Origin: Macrostomum lignano
Lineage: Eukaryota
Direction: 5' to 3'
NCBI GenBank assembly: GCA_002269645.1
Contig: NIVC01003717.1
Location: forward strand, 1-64,000
Length of the DNA: 64,000 nt
Positions within the stretch are counted from its first letter, which is position 1; every line of letters starts with the position of its first letter. The position numbers and the translations under genes are program-made. The notes under the pieces were generated by a model. It did no database searches, had not been told where the DNA came from, and saw only the letters and a program-made list of their open reading frames with translations. Below, in pieces: positions 45,139 to 55,600 of this stretch.

Positions 45139-47700
45139 CCTCTACGCGACGGGTGGGGTTTAGCATCACCCCTGTCGCCGACGGCTGTCCCGAAATCGGG
45201 ACATAGACTATTGGAGAGTCGCTAGAGTTGCTGCTGCAGCACCCCCTTTCCCGCCGGTTTCTCTCTGTCGCGACTGTCGTAGTCATTTCTTCAGTTCATC
45301 TGCACTTGTCTCTGTTTACTGTTTCTTCCCTCTTGGTCCAGTTCAGTCTTGTTATTTTTATCTGTTTCCATCGCTGCCTTCTGATTGGCTCTTCAACCTC
45401 GCCTCTTTTTTAGTCACGAGTTCCACCCCCTCATTTTATTATCTTCACTCCCCCCCTAGTTTAATGTCTTTTAAATATATTCGTTTAGGGCCCTGTCCAA
45501 TTACAATTAAATAGCCTCTCTTATTTTTCCTGCACTTTCACTCTAACTATATATTTACTGTCTCACTGGCTGCTGCGCTTCCTCGCGTTGTTCTTGCCAT
45601 GGAATCTGAAAACGAATACGCAGAAATTTTCACTGATGACGACTCGCTGGAGTCGCTAGATGGAGTCGAGGACGAGATTACGGAGGAAGAAGGCGAAGAA
45701 GCAGAAGAAGAAGAAGAAAGCATGCAGACAGAGGAAGTTGGTGATGTACCAGAGTGGCAGTTTGTTCAGGCTGGAATGGATGCTGTGCCGAATGAAGCCG
45801 AGTTTCTGGGAACACCAGGGGTTCGCCCAGATTGGAGGCCTCCAGCTTCAGCTGATGGAAACGAAGAGGAGTTTCTGCGTCTGTACCTCACTGATGGAAT
45901 TATTGCAAGCGTGAAAACCTGGACGAATCGTAGGGCGTGGAAGATATTCGAGGAGTGCGCTGACGAAGAGCAGTTGCCGAAGCTGGTAAAGAACTGGAAA
46001 GATTGTACAGACGATGAGGTGAGGAAGCTGTTCGGGATTGTTCTGTTGATGGGCCTGGACAAAAAGCCGGAGATCAGCAGCTACTGGAGCCAGGACCCTG
46101 TTTTCAATTGCTCCTTTCTGTCCATGCCCAATGCCCTCTCGAGAGATAGGTTCAAGCAGCTGCTTTCCTGCCTTCGTTTCTACGACTGCACGGATGTTCA
46201 GGAAGGGCCCTTGGCCAAAATCCAGCCATTTTTACACCAGCTGCAACAGGTGTGCAGCAACAATTACATGCCGCGTCAGCACATTTCCGTGGACGAAACG
46301 CTCGTCTTGTACAAGGGGCGTCTGCTGTTCAAGCAGTACATCCCGACTAAGAGCAGATACGGTGTCAAGCTGTACTGCCTGTGCGAGTCGGAGACTGGCT
46401 ACTTGTGGAATTTCGCAGTCCACTCCACGGAGCACGCGAATGCACAGTTTGGACTGGGACTCGAGTGCGGCGGCCTCTCTATTAGTGAGCGAATTGTGGC
46501 CGAGCTGTGCCGTGAACTCCTGCACATGAATTATAACGTGTTCACGGACAGCTGGTTCACGTCGCATCGGCTGGCCGTTTGGCTGCCAGCAAATGGAACT
46601 CGGCTGACCGGCACTGTGCGCAGCAATCGAGGCGTCCCGCAGTTGCTGCAGCAACTGCAACTGCGACCGACTGCGGCGGCTTTCGCGAGGAACGGTGAGG
46701 TGCTCGCTTGTAAGTTCGTGGACAGGAAGAGCAGCGGAACAAAGACCGTGTATCTCCTGGACACTGCTGGGCAGGCTGCCTGTGTGAACGTGCCACGAGT
46801 CCGTCGGGGAGGCGAGCAGCAGGTGATCGCGAAGCCAGTGACAGTGGTCACCTACTCGAAGAGTATGGGCGGCGTGGACCGTATGGATTCGGCAGCGAAC
46901 CCCTACCTGGCCAGCCGGAAAACGCTGCGCTGGTTTCAGAAACTCGCGTTTTACCTGCTGCTGCTTCTGGTTCGTAACTCGTGGATCGTCTACCGCCAGC
47001 ACGGAGGTACCAAGACTTTCGTGGCGTTTCTGCGCAAAGCGGTCAGTATTTTGGTGGAGGAGACTGGCAGGGGCAGGCGCCATTTCGCTGTCAGGGCAGG
47101 CCGTCCTGCAGCAGTCGGACCGGCAGGTGACGGCCCTGCAGTACAGCATTTGCCGACCAAAGCTCCATTGAACGCTGCCAATGTTCGGCCGCGCAATCGA
47201 TGCCGCGTGTGCAGCGAGAACCGAATCGCGAAGAAGACCGTGTACATATGCCCTGATTGTCCGGGAGTACCAGCACTTTGCATAGGCCAGTGCTTTAGAA
47301 ACTGGCACAGCCAACCGCACTGACTGTTACAGACCTCGTCTTCATGTTTTTTTCTTCCACACCCCCGGTTGACTTTGCTCTCTCCATTCCTAACCCGCTC
47401 TCCTTTTTGTCCCCACCCTTGAATAAAATTAAAGTAAATATTTATGGAGTACCCTTACAAGGAGCTTTCCGTTGCTATGGTGTCAATCCAAAATTATCTG
47501 TTCTAATCCTGGTTCTGTTCTGTTAGCACTTTCACTTGTTTTAAATTAAAATAAAGCAGTGTGTCCCGTTTTTGGGACATAGCCGTCGGCAACGGCAGTG
47601 CAGCGCAGCTGCAGTTTTGACCATAGAACTTAGTTTTAAGTTTTCGGCTGCAGCAGAAGTGGCTGCTTGTCCCGTATTCGGGACATCCGTCGGCTTACCG
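45139..47700 (+). mobile_element. piggyBac-family DNA transposon, 2.56 kb
   Basis: TTAA at 45135-45138 and 47701-47704; TGTCCCG-N4-CGGGACA palindromes at both ends; contains a full transposase ORF. The left terminus is less certain because the outer TIR match is weak. Confidence 0.8.
45599..47323 (+). CDS. piggyBac transposase (574 aa)
   Basis: Uninterrupted ORF with an acidic N-terminus, the DDD triad (ISVDETL, FTDSWFTS, MGGVDRMD) and a C-terminal Cys-rich domain CRVC...CPDC...LC...CF..WH. Confidence 0.93.
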   Translation: MESENEYAEIFTDDDSLESLDGVEDEITEEEGEEAEEEEESMQTEEVGDVPEWQFVQAGMDAVPNEAEFLGTPGVRPDWRPPASADGNEEEFLRLYLTDGIIASVKTWTNRRAWKIFEECADEEQLPKLVKNWKDCTDDEVRKLFGIVLLMGLDKKPEISSYWSQDPVFNCSFLSMPNALSRDRFKQLLSCLRFYDCTDVQEGPLAKIQPFLHQLQQVCSNNYMPRQHISVDETLVLYKGRLLFKQYIPTKSRYGVKLYCLCESETGYLWNFAVHSTEHANAQFGLGLECGGLSISERIVAELCRELLHMNYNVFTDSWFTSHRLAVWLPANGTRLTGTVRSNRGVPQLLQQLQLRPTAAAFARNGEVLACKFVDRKSSGTKTVYLLDTAGQAACVNVPRVRRGGEQQVIAKPVTVVTYSKSMGGVDRMDSAANPYLASRKTLRWFQKLAFYLLLLLVRNSWIVYRQHGGTKTFVAFLRKAVSILVEETGRGRRHFAVRAGRPAAVGPAGDGPAVQHLPTKAPLNAANVRPRNRCRVCSENRIAKKTVYICPDCPGVPALCIGQCFRNWHSQPH

Positions 47701-48050
47701 TTAAGCAACGTCAGTTAAATATCTCTAAATTGATTTGGTATAAACGTTAATACTGAAGTTTTTTATCTGCAAGTTTAAATTATAATTAAAAAAAATTTAG
47801 ATACTTTAGATGGTGGCTATATTTTAAAATTATATGTATGGCGTATGGCGTACATATATGCGTATGATGTATGGCGGCTCACCCATGCAGCCAGGAGCCA
47901 GTTGACACTTAATAAAATTGTCCTATCCTAGTCTTCGAAGCCTGCTATTGCTATGGCGTTTTAGATATTTTCTACTATTTCATTTGTGTGTTTCCTGCTC
48001 ATATTTGATAGTTCATAGAAATTCATTAGGTTTAGGGCCTAGTTCATATT

Positions 48051-48740
48051 GATTGTATTCCATTTCGGTAACAGCCACTTTGGTAACAAAAAATGACCAC
48101 TTCAGTAACAGCCATTTCGGTAACAGCCACTACGGTAACAAGTGAGAATAATATATAAAATGTATTAATTGATAGGTCTATGCTCCGAAAGAATGTGCGA
48201 ACAAACTTTGAAGAAAGAACGACAACGACAACGCAGGTATGCATTTGTTTAAGTTGTTTAAGAATGTTTTAACCGATCTATTTAATTTCCGGATGAGTCA
48301 AAAACATGCATGCACCCGAGACATCCTGTAATTGACCAAATATTGTGTACCGTGTACATTAGAATCTCTGATCTAGTTAGCGAATAGCGACTTGATACTA
48401 CAGAATCTACTTTCTTTATTAATACTTCTTAATACTTTCTTTATTAGTTATTTAAAATATTTAAAATATATTTTTTCAATTTCAACGTATGGCCAGGCAG
48501 GCTAGCTCGCGCGCGGTTTAATTAATTTTATTTGCCTTTAAATTTTTTACAAAGTTAACGCGCAAGTTTAAACAAAGTATAACACAGTTTAACTAGAAAG
48601 TTTAACGATATGTGACAATAAGATATTTGAGATGTTAATTGTTAAACTAACTATAGCAAAGCTAATTATTATAAAAATAAAGTGTTGACAGTCGTAAATT
48701 TGCGTTACCGAAGTGGCTGTTACCGAAATGGCTGTTACCG
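48051..48740. mobile_element. Mutator-like MITE
   Basis: 9-bp TSD GTTCATATT; inverted subterminal GGTAACAGCCA(C/T)TTC repeats at both ends. Confidence 0.6.
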
Positions 48741-49118
48741 GTTCATATTTGCTTCGATCTTCAATTTAAATTTTTGGGATTAAGGAATATATTTATACAA
48801 ACACCAAAGTCGAAGTTGCATACGTAATAAGATATTGTATCAATATTTTTATTATATAAAAAATAGTACGCTCCCTTGAGTTTTTTGTTAATGCTAGGAT
48901 GCCTAATGAATGTCTAATTTGAAGACACACAACTGTACAAATGTCACAAACGAAACTTAATTTCAAACTTAAAAGCAGGTCAATATAACAAAAAATATTT
49001 TTGAATATTATTTTATTCCTAAATCTAAATGAATGAATAATGCTAAGCCTAATTTGAATAATCAGTTAGCTATAAGAGATGCTAGCTGCCAATTCAATTC
49101 AATAGACAATGGGTTAGG

Positions 49119-49644
49119 CAAGTGTTGGCAAACTCCAATTTATAAGCTAGATCTAGCCTATGGCTATGGGCCAGATCTGGCTTGTAAAACATTCTAGTCT
49201 GGCTTATAGTGCTTACTAGGGCCTGTTTAACAATGCAAAAGTGGCCTGTAAATCAATTTTTTGTTAAAACAATTCAACTTTACAAGTAAAATTAGCTTTT
49301 ATCCTATCATACCTATATTAGTTTTAACTATAAAGTAGGCCCTATTTGGTCTAATTATCTAAAACCTACTTGGGTGCAACCTAGGGATTCACCTGGCCAT
49401 TTCTATTGGCAACATATACATGTAAGTCATTATTGGATGGAATAGTAGTCACGTAACTACTCTTAGCCAATAGTGACTTATATGTGTGTGTTGCCAATAG
49501 AAATGGCCAAGTGATTCCTAAGGTTGCATGTGTATGTCTAAAACTGTCATTTATAGCCAAAATTTGTTGTGTATTTTTTTCTGGCCTGCTGCCTTTGCCA
49601 GTCTTTTAATCTGACCTTCACTGAAAAAAGTTTGCTGACCCTTA
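49119..49644. mobile_element. Old hAT-like MITE containing an internal hairpin
   Basis: Ends CAAGTGTTGGCAAAC / GTTTGCTGACCCTTA; weak flanking duplication. Confidence 0.4.
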
Positions 49645-49876
49645 GCTTAGGTTAGGGCATATACTACTTTTTATTTTTTTATCACTTCTTATAATAATAA
49701 ATATAATAAATCTAAGTTTTTATTGAACAAAATATAATGTAGACTTTTGATTTCAAATGCAAATTAAACAGACTTTTGATCCAAATATCTTTATAAGCCA
49801 CTTTGTTAATGAAAAAATGATGTAAATGCATTGGTATAGATTTTCTAAAGATAATTTTTTTGATATTCATTATTTT

Positions 49877-50479
49877 CATACATGCGCAACCTCCAAAATT
49901 TGGTTGGCCGTGCGACTTAGTTTTAACAAAAATGCGACATAGTTTTTGGCCAAAAATGCGACTTACACGTTAAAAATTCGTAAAGCAAAATTAAAGCAAC
50001 TTTGGGTAAACGGCAGGAGTAACTATGACTGTCTTATAAGGGCCCCTATTGCAGCGCATGGCTTAAGTACGCCAGATGCCTACACAACCTGCGCCACGCT
50101 GTGAAATGACTTACCTGTGAAAGAAACCCTAAAGCAAAATTAACGCAGTTTTGGGTAAACGGCAGGAGTAACTATGACTGTCTTATCAAGCCTAAATGCC
50201 TCAGCATCTAATTAGTACTACGCCCGTATTCTATGGGGTGGCATTTTTGCGACTTACCCCTGGTCCACCACCAATGCTGCGCCACGCAGGCTGATCCGCG
50301 CCAGACGCCGTCCGCCAAAATGCCCATGCGCTGCAATCAGGATAAGGGCTAAATGCCTCGTCATCTAATTAGTACTATGTCCGTATTATTTGGGGTGGGC
50401 ATTTTTGCGACTTACCCCTGGTCCACCACAATTTACGGTGGCCAGATCGGCCAGGTCGGCCAGCAGTTGCGCATGTATG
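49877..50479 (+). mobile_element. ~297-bp MITE, subfamily A (28S-fragment core), split by a subfamily B insertion
   Basis: TIR CATACATGCGCAAC, perfect 8-bp TSD ATTATTTT. Confidence 0.88.
50044..50341 (+). mobile_element. 298-bp MITE, subfamily B
   Basis: Same TIRs as 13190-13487; perfect 8-bp TSD ATAAGGGC. Confidence 0.9.
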
Positions 50480-51016
50480 ATTATTTTTCTTAAGCAAGTT
50501 ACTCTTCTTAAATAATACTTAGCTATTTAAAGTAATAAATATAGAGCATTTGTTGTTAGATTAGACCCTACTTTCTATTTTTGATATCTTAGTTCTAATT
50601 TATAATTTAGGCATCAAAAAGCAAATTAGCAAACTGGGGTATAGAAATACTAGGTACCAAATGCATAGATACCTTAATTCTAATGCTAATAGCTTTTTTA
50701 TCATATATTTAATATAGTGAGAAAATAAAAATGATACTAATAGTTTCACCCATTAGTCTATTACTCATTAACAAATATAAATGTTACATATTATATAGAA
50801 ATGGCTAAGATTGTTTTGATCTTAACTTTAGTTTCTTTTGTTACAATTCTATTAATGTGTATATAGTATCAAAAATCTATTGGCAATATTCAATTATTTC
50901 TATTGATTTATAATCTTAAATATATGTATTATGGATATGATTTCTTTGGTTCAAATATTATATGCAAAGTGTAATATGTTTTCCATTTATATTAAATATG
51001 AGGGGTTAAAAGCTAT

Positions 51017-51314
51017 CATACATGCGCAACAGTCGGCCGAGTCAGCCGATCTGGCCGACCAATTTGGCAGCCAACCAAGGTAAGTTGCAAAAATTGCCAC
51101 CCCAAAGAATACAGATGTAGTACTAATTAGGTAACGAGGCATTTAGCCCTTATAATACAGTCATAGTTACTCCTGTTGTTTACCCAAAATTGCGTTACTT
51201 TTGCTTAATGGTTTCTTTCACAGGTAAGTCACATTTTTGGCCAAAAACTACGTCACATTTTTTGTTAAAACAAAGTCGCACAGCCGACCGAATTTTGGAG
51301 GTTGCACATGTATG
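51017..51314 (-). mobile_element. 298-bp MITE, subfamily A, uninterrupted
   Basis: TIR CATACATG(C/T)GCAAC, perfect 8-bp TSD AAAGCTAT. Shows the empty site TT-ATAAGGGC-TAAATG. Confidence 0.88.
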
Positions 51315-51546
51315 AAAGCTATTAGCAAATAGCCACTAAACTAAAAAAAGGAGGTAGAAAGTCTAACAATAAACTATTACAAATTTATATATAGAAAAAG
51401 TCAAACTGTTATTTAACTATAATAACCTAATATGAGCTAAGGTAATATTTATACTATTGAATTGTAAGAGGGAGAAAAGTGCTTCTTTATGAGCTTAGCT
51501 GATCTTATTTATTAGTTTAGCAATAAGGTAGTGCATATAAATAGAT

Positions 51547-51593
<47 letters not shown>

Positions 51594-51599
<6 letters not shown>

Positions 51600-51852
51600 T
51601 GCATAACCTCTTTGATTTGCACTGGCTATGCAACTTTTTTTGACCAAAAATCCAACTTACCTATGAAAGAAACCTAAGCCAATTAATGTATGTTTTGGTA
51701 AACAATGGGAATTAGTATGGCTAGATATTATTAAATCTAAATGCCTCATAATCTAATTAGTACTAGTCTATTTTTGGGTGGGCATTTTTGTAACTTAACT
51801 TGGCTGGGGCTATTGCTAGCCAGCTAGATTGGCTGGGTCTTATGGATGTATG
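51594..51852 (+). mobile_element. Degenerate subfamily A-like MITE copy
   Basis: Retains ACTTACCTATGAAAGAAACC, GGTAAAC, TAAATGCCTCA..ATCTAATTAGTACT and GGGTGGGCATTTTTG; next to (TA)n. Confidence 0.6.
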
Positions 51853-52664
51853 CATGTGTGCATGGGGTCCCATGTATTTAAAGGGTTGAATACTATGCTA
51901 TTCAAATCACTAAGCTAGTCAATAGCAATGGCCATTGCTAGTGAGTCAATAATTCAGTGTAGGCAACCTAATGCAAAGTTCATTGTATCATTATATCATA
52001 ATAACAATATAAATAGTAAGAAAAAAAGATATTTTCAGAGTTAACTTGTCAGTTTTGTCAATATTTATTTATATTTATTATATTTTATAGTTGACTTATT
52101 CGAATACAAGGAAATACTTTTATATAAATGTGTACTAAGATCTCATATTGTCTTAGGAAATAGATCCAAACCAGCATTGACCATTCTCATTCTTGCTTAA
52201 TTATGCTTTGTCCATGAACTTTCTATCTAGGGTCTATCAAGATAGTGTCTTATGCAAATGAGAAAATGAATTGGTATGCCTATATACTTGAGCACATAAC
52301 AGTTCTACCATAGTTAAAGATATTGCTATGTTTATGAGAAGTTACTGATATGGGGTTTTTTAGACAATATATTTATATGGATGTTTATGAAAATACACAT
52401 TTTCCATATCTGTATCTAGGCCACTGAATAACTTTGTCTAAAGTTGATGGGCATTGAGTGTCACAGATACATTCTGCGCTATCTATGGAGCATAGAGACT
52501 GCATTCTAGCAACTGTAACAACCAGTAGCTAGAAGTACCAATGCCCCATTTGTGACATAGTCGCTAAGTACTGCTTAGATAGACTGACGGCAAGAAAGTA
52601 TATAATAGCAGCCTTAGTAAATTTCTTTTGCATTTGTAAATTTCATCAAGCCAGTCTACAAGCA

Positions 52665-55600
52665 ATGGACTTGGACGCTATTGACAATGAAGATCAGGAA
52701 TTTTCTCTACGCGAATCTTGCGGTGTCTATGGCGCCATTTTATTTAACAGTGGCATCAACTCTGAAGCTACGACAGCCGGAGCAAGTTACAGAAATACGA
52801 GTTCCATGTTAGACTTATTAGTGTTAGGCATGACTGCTCTGCAGCACAGAGGTCAGGAGTCAGCTGGATTAGTGGTGTCAGATGGCGGGCCAAAAATCTG
52901 TGTGCAGCGTGGCATGGGCCTGGTGGCGCAGGCCTTCACGCCTGAACGGTTGGCTTCCTTGTTAGGCGCCGATAAGCCAGTTTGGCGTTTGGGCCTCGGG
53001 CATACTCGGTTGGTTGCTTGTGTTTTACTACTTACTCAGTAGGCAGTTAAGTCTGTTTAGAATTGCTCAGTAATCACCCTGGAAATCTGCTCAAAGAATC
53101 GCCCCTCAAAAAATCCCCCCTCAAAGAATCGCCCCTCAAAGAATTACCCCTCAAAACAGCGCCCTCAAAGAATAACCCCTCAATGAATCGCCAACTAAAG
53201 AATCGCCCCTCAAAGAATCACCCCTCAAAGAATCGCCCCTTAAAAATCGCTCCTTAAAGAATCGCCCCTCAAAGAATCACCCCTTTAAAGAATCGCCCCT
53301 TAAAGCATCGCCCCCAAAGCATCGCCCCTTTAAGGCATCGCCCTCCCAAAGAATCGCCCCTCAAAGCATCCCTAATTAAATTATCACCCCCTTAGAGAAT
53401 CGCCCCTCGAAGAATCGCCCCTCGAAGAATCGCCCCTTAAAAATCGCTCCTTAAAGAATCGCCCCCCAAAGAATCGCCCCTCAAAGAATCGCCCCTCAAA
53501 GAATCACCCCTTTAAAGAATCACCCCTCGAAGAATCGCCCCCAAAGCATCGCCCCTTTAAGGCATCGCCCTCCCAAAGAATCGCCCCTCAAAGCATCCCT
53601 AATTAAATTATCACCCCCTTAGAGAATCGCCCCTCGAAGAATTCGCCCCTCGAAGAATCGCCCCTTAAAAATCGCTCCTTAAAGAATCGCCCCCCAAAGA
53701 ATCGCCCCTCAAAGAATCGCCCCTCAAAGAATCACCCCTTTAAAGAATCACCCCTCGAAGAATCGCCCCCAAAGCATCGCCCCTTTAAGGCATCGCCCTC
53801 CCAAAGAATCGCCCCTCAAAGCATCCCTAATTAAATTATCACCCCCTTAGAGAATCGCCCCTCGAAGAATCGCCCCTCGAAGAATCGCCCCTTAAAAATC
53901 GCTCCTTAAAGAATCGCCCCCCAAAGAATCGCCCCTCAAAGAATCGCCCCTCAAAGAATCACCCCTTTAAAGAATCACCCCTCGAAGAATCGCCCCCAAA
54001 GCATCGCCCCTTTAAGGCATCGCCCTCCCAAAGAATCGCCCCTCAAAGCATCCCTAATTAAATTATCACCCCCTTAGAGAATCGCCCCCCAAAGAATCGC
54101 CCCTCAAAGAATCGCCCCTCAAAGAATCACCCCTTTAAAGAATCACCCCTCGAAGAATCGCCCCCAAAGCATCGCCCCTTTAAGGCATCGCCCTCCCAAA
54201 GAATCGCCCCTCAAAGCATCCCTAATTAAATTATCACCCCCTTAGAGAATCGCCCCCCAAAGAATCGCCCCTCAAAGAATCGCCCCTCAAAGAATCACCC
54301 CTTTAAAGAATCACCCCTCGAAGAATCGCCCCCAAAGCATCGCCCCTTTAAGGCATCGCCCTCCCAAAGAATCGCCCCTCAAAGCATCCCTAATTAAATT
54401 ATCACCCCCTTAGAGAATCGCCCCTCGAAGAATCACCCCTCAAAAATCACCTATCAAAGAATCGCCCTCAACCAAACAGACAGCAAACTAACAAGGTACA
54501 GCATATATTATACATCTGTACCATCCGCCGCCACCATAACGCCAGATACTCCACCCTGGGCGCCTCAGAATCAATCAACTGTCAACCGTTCGTTGTTGAA
54601 ACAACCTGCGGCCAATTTGCCGTAGCCCACAATGGCGAACTGGTGAATGCTAACAGATTAAAATCTGAAATACTACAAGCCGGTATTGGTCTGAGCACGG
54701 ACACGGATAGCGAGTTGATCACACAGATGCTGTGCACCAGATCTCCTAGCCAGTGCTGGACAGAACGGATCACCTATTTCATGTCCAAATGCTCCACGTC
54801 ATATAGCCTGCTGATTCTGACTGGCGATTCTATCTACGCTGTCAGAGACCCGTTCGGTAATAGGCCTCTGTGTCTGGGAGAGATTCTCTGCGGCGAGTGA
54901 GTTGCTCACGTCTGTGTGCGAGCTGCTTTTTATTTGTACTTGTGTTTTATTGCTTGGCATACTTCTATCCTCTCTCTGTCTCCCTGTCTCCCTCTCTCCC
55001 TGTCTCCCTCTCTCTCTGTCTCCCACCCTGTCTCCCTCCCTGTCTCCCTCTCTCCCTGTCTCCCTCTCTCCTTGTCTCCCTCTCTCCCTGTCTCCCTCTC
55101 TCCCTGTCTCCCTCTCTCCCTGTCTCCCTCTCTCCCTGTCTCCCTCTGTCTCCCTCTCTCCCTGTCTCCCTGTCTCCCTGTCTCCCTCTCTCCCTGTCTC
55201 CCTCTCTCTCTGTCTCCCACCCTGTCTCCCTCCCTGTCTCCCTCTCTCCCTGTCTCCCTCTCTCCCTCTCTCCCTGTCTCCCTCTCTCCCTGTCTCCCTC
55301 CCTGTCTCCCTCTCTCCCTGTCTCCCTCTCTCCCTGTCTCCCTCTGTCTCCCTCTCTCCCTGTCTCCCTGTCTCCCTCTCTCCCTGTCTCCCTCTCTCTC
55401 TGTCTCCCACCCTGTCTCCCTCCCTGTCTCCCTCTCTCCCTGTCTCCCTCTCTCCCTCTCTCCCTGTCTCCCTCTCTCCCTGTCTCCCTCTCTCCCTGTC
55501 TCCCTCTCTCCCTGTCTCCCTCTGTCTCCCTCTCTCCCTGTCTCCCTCTCTCCCTGTCTCCCTCCCTGTCTCCCTCTCTCCCTGTCTCCCTCTCTCCCTG

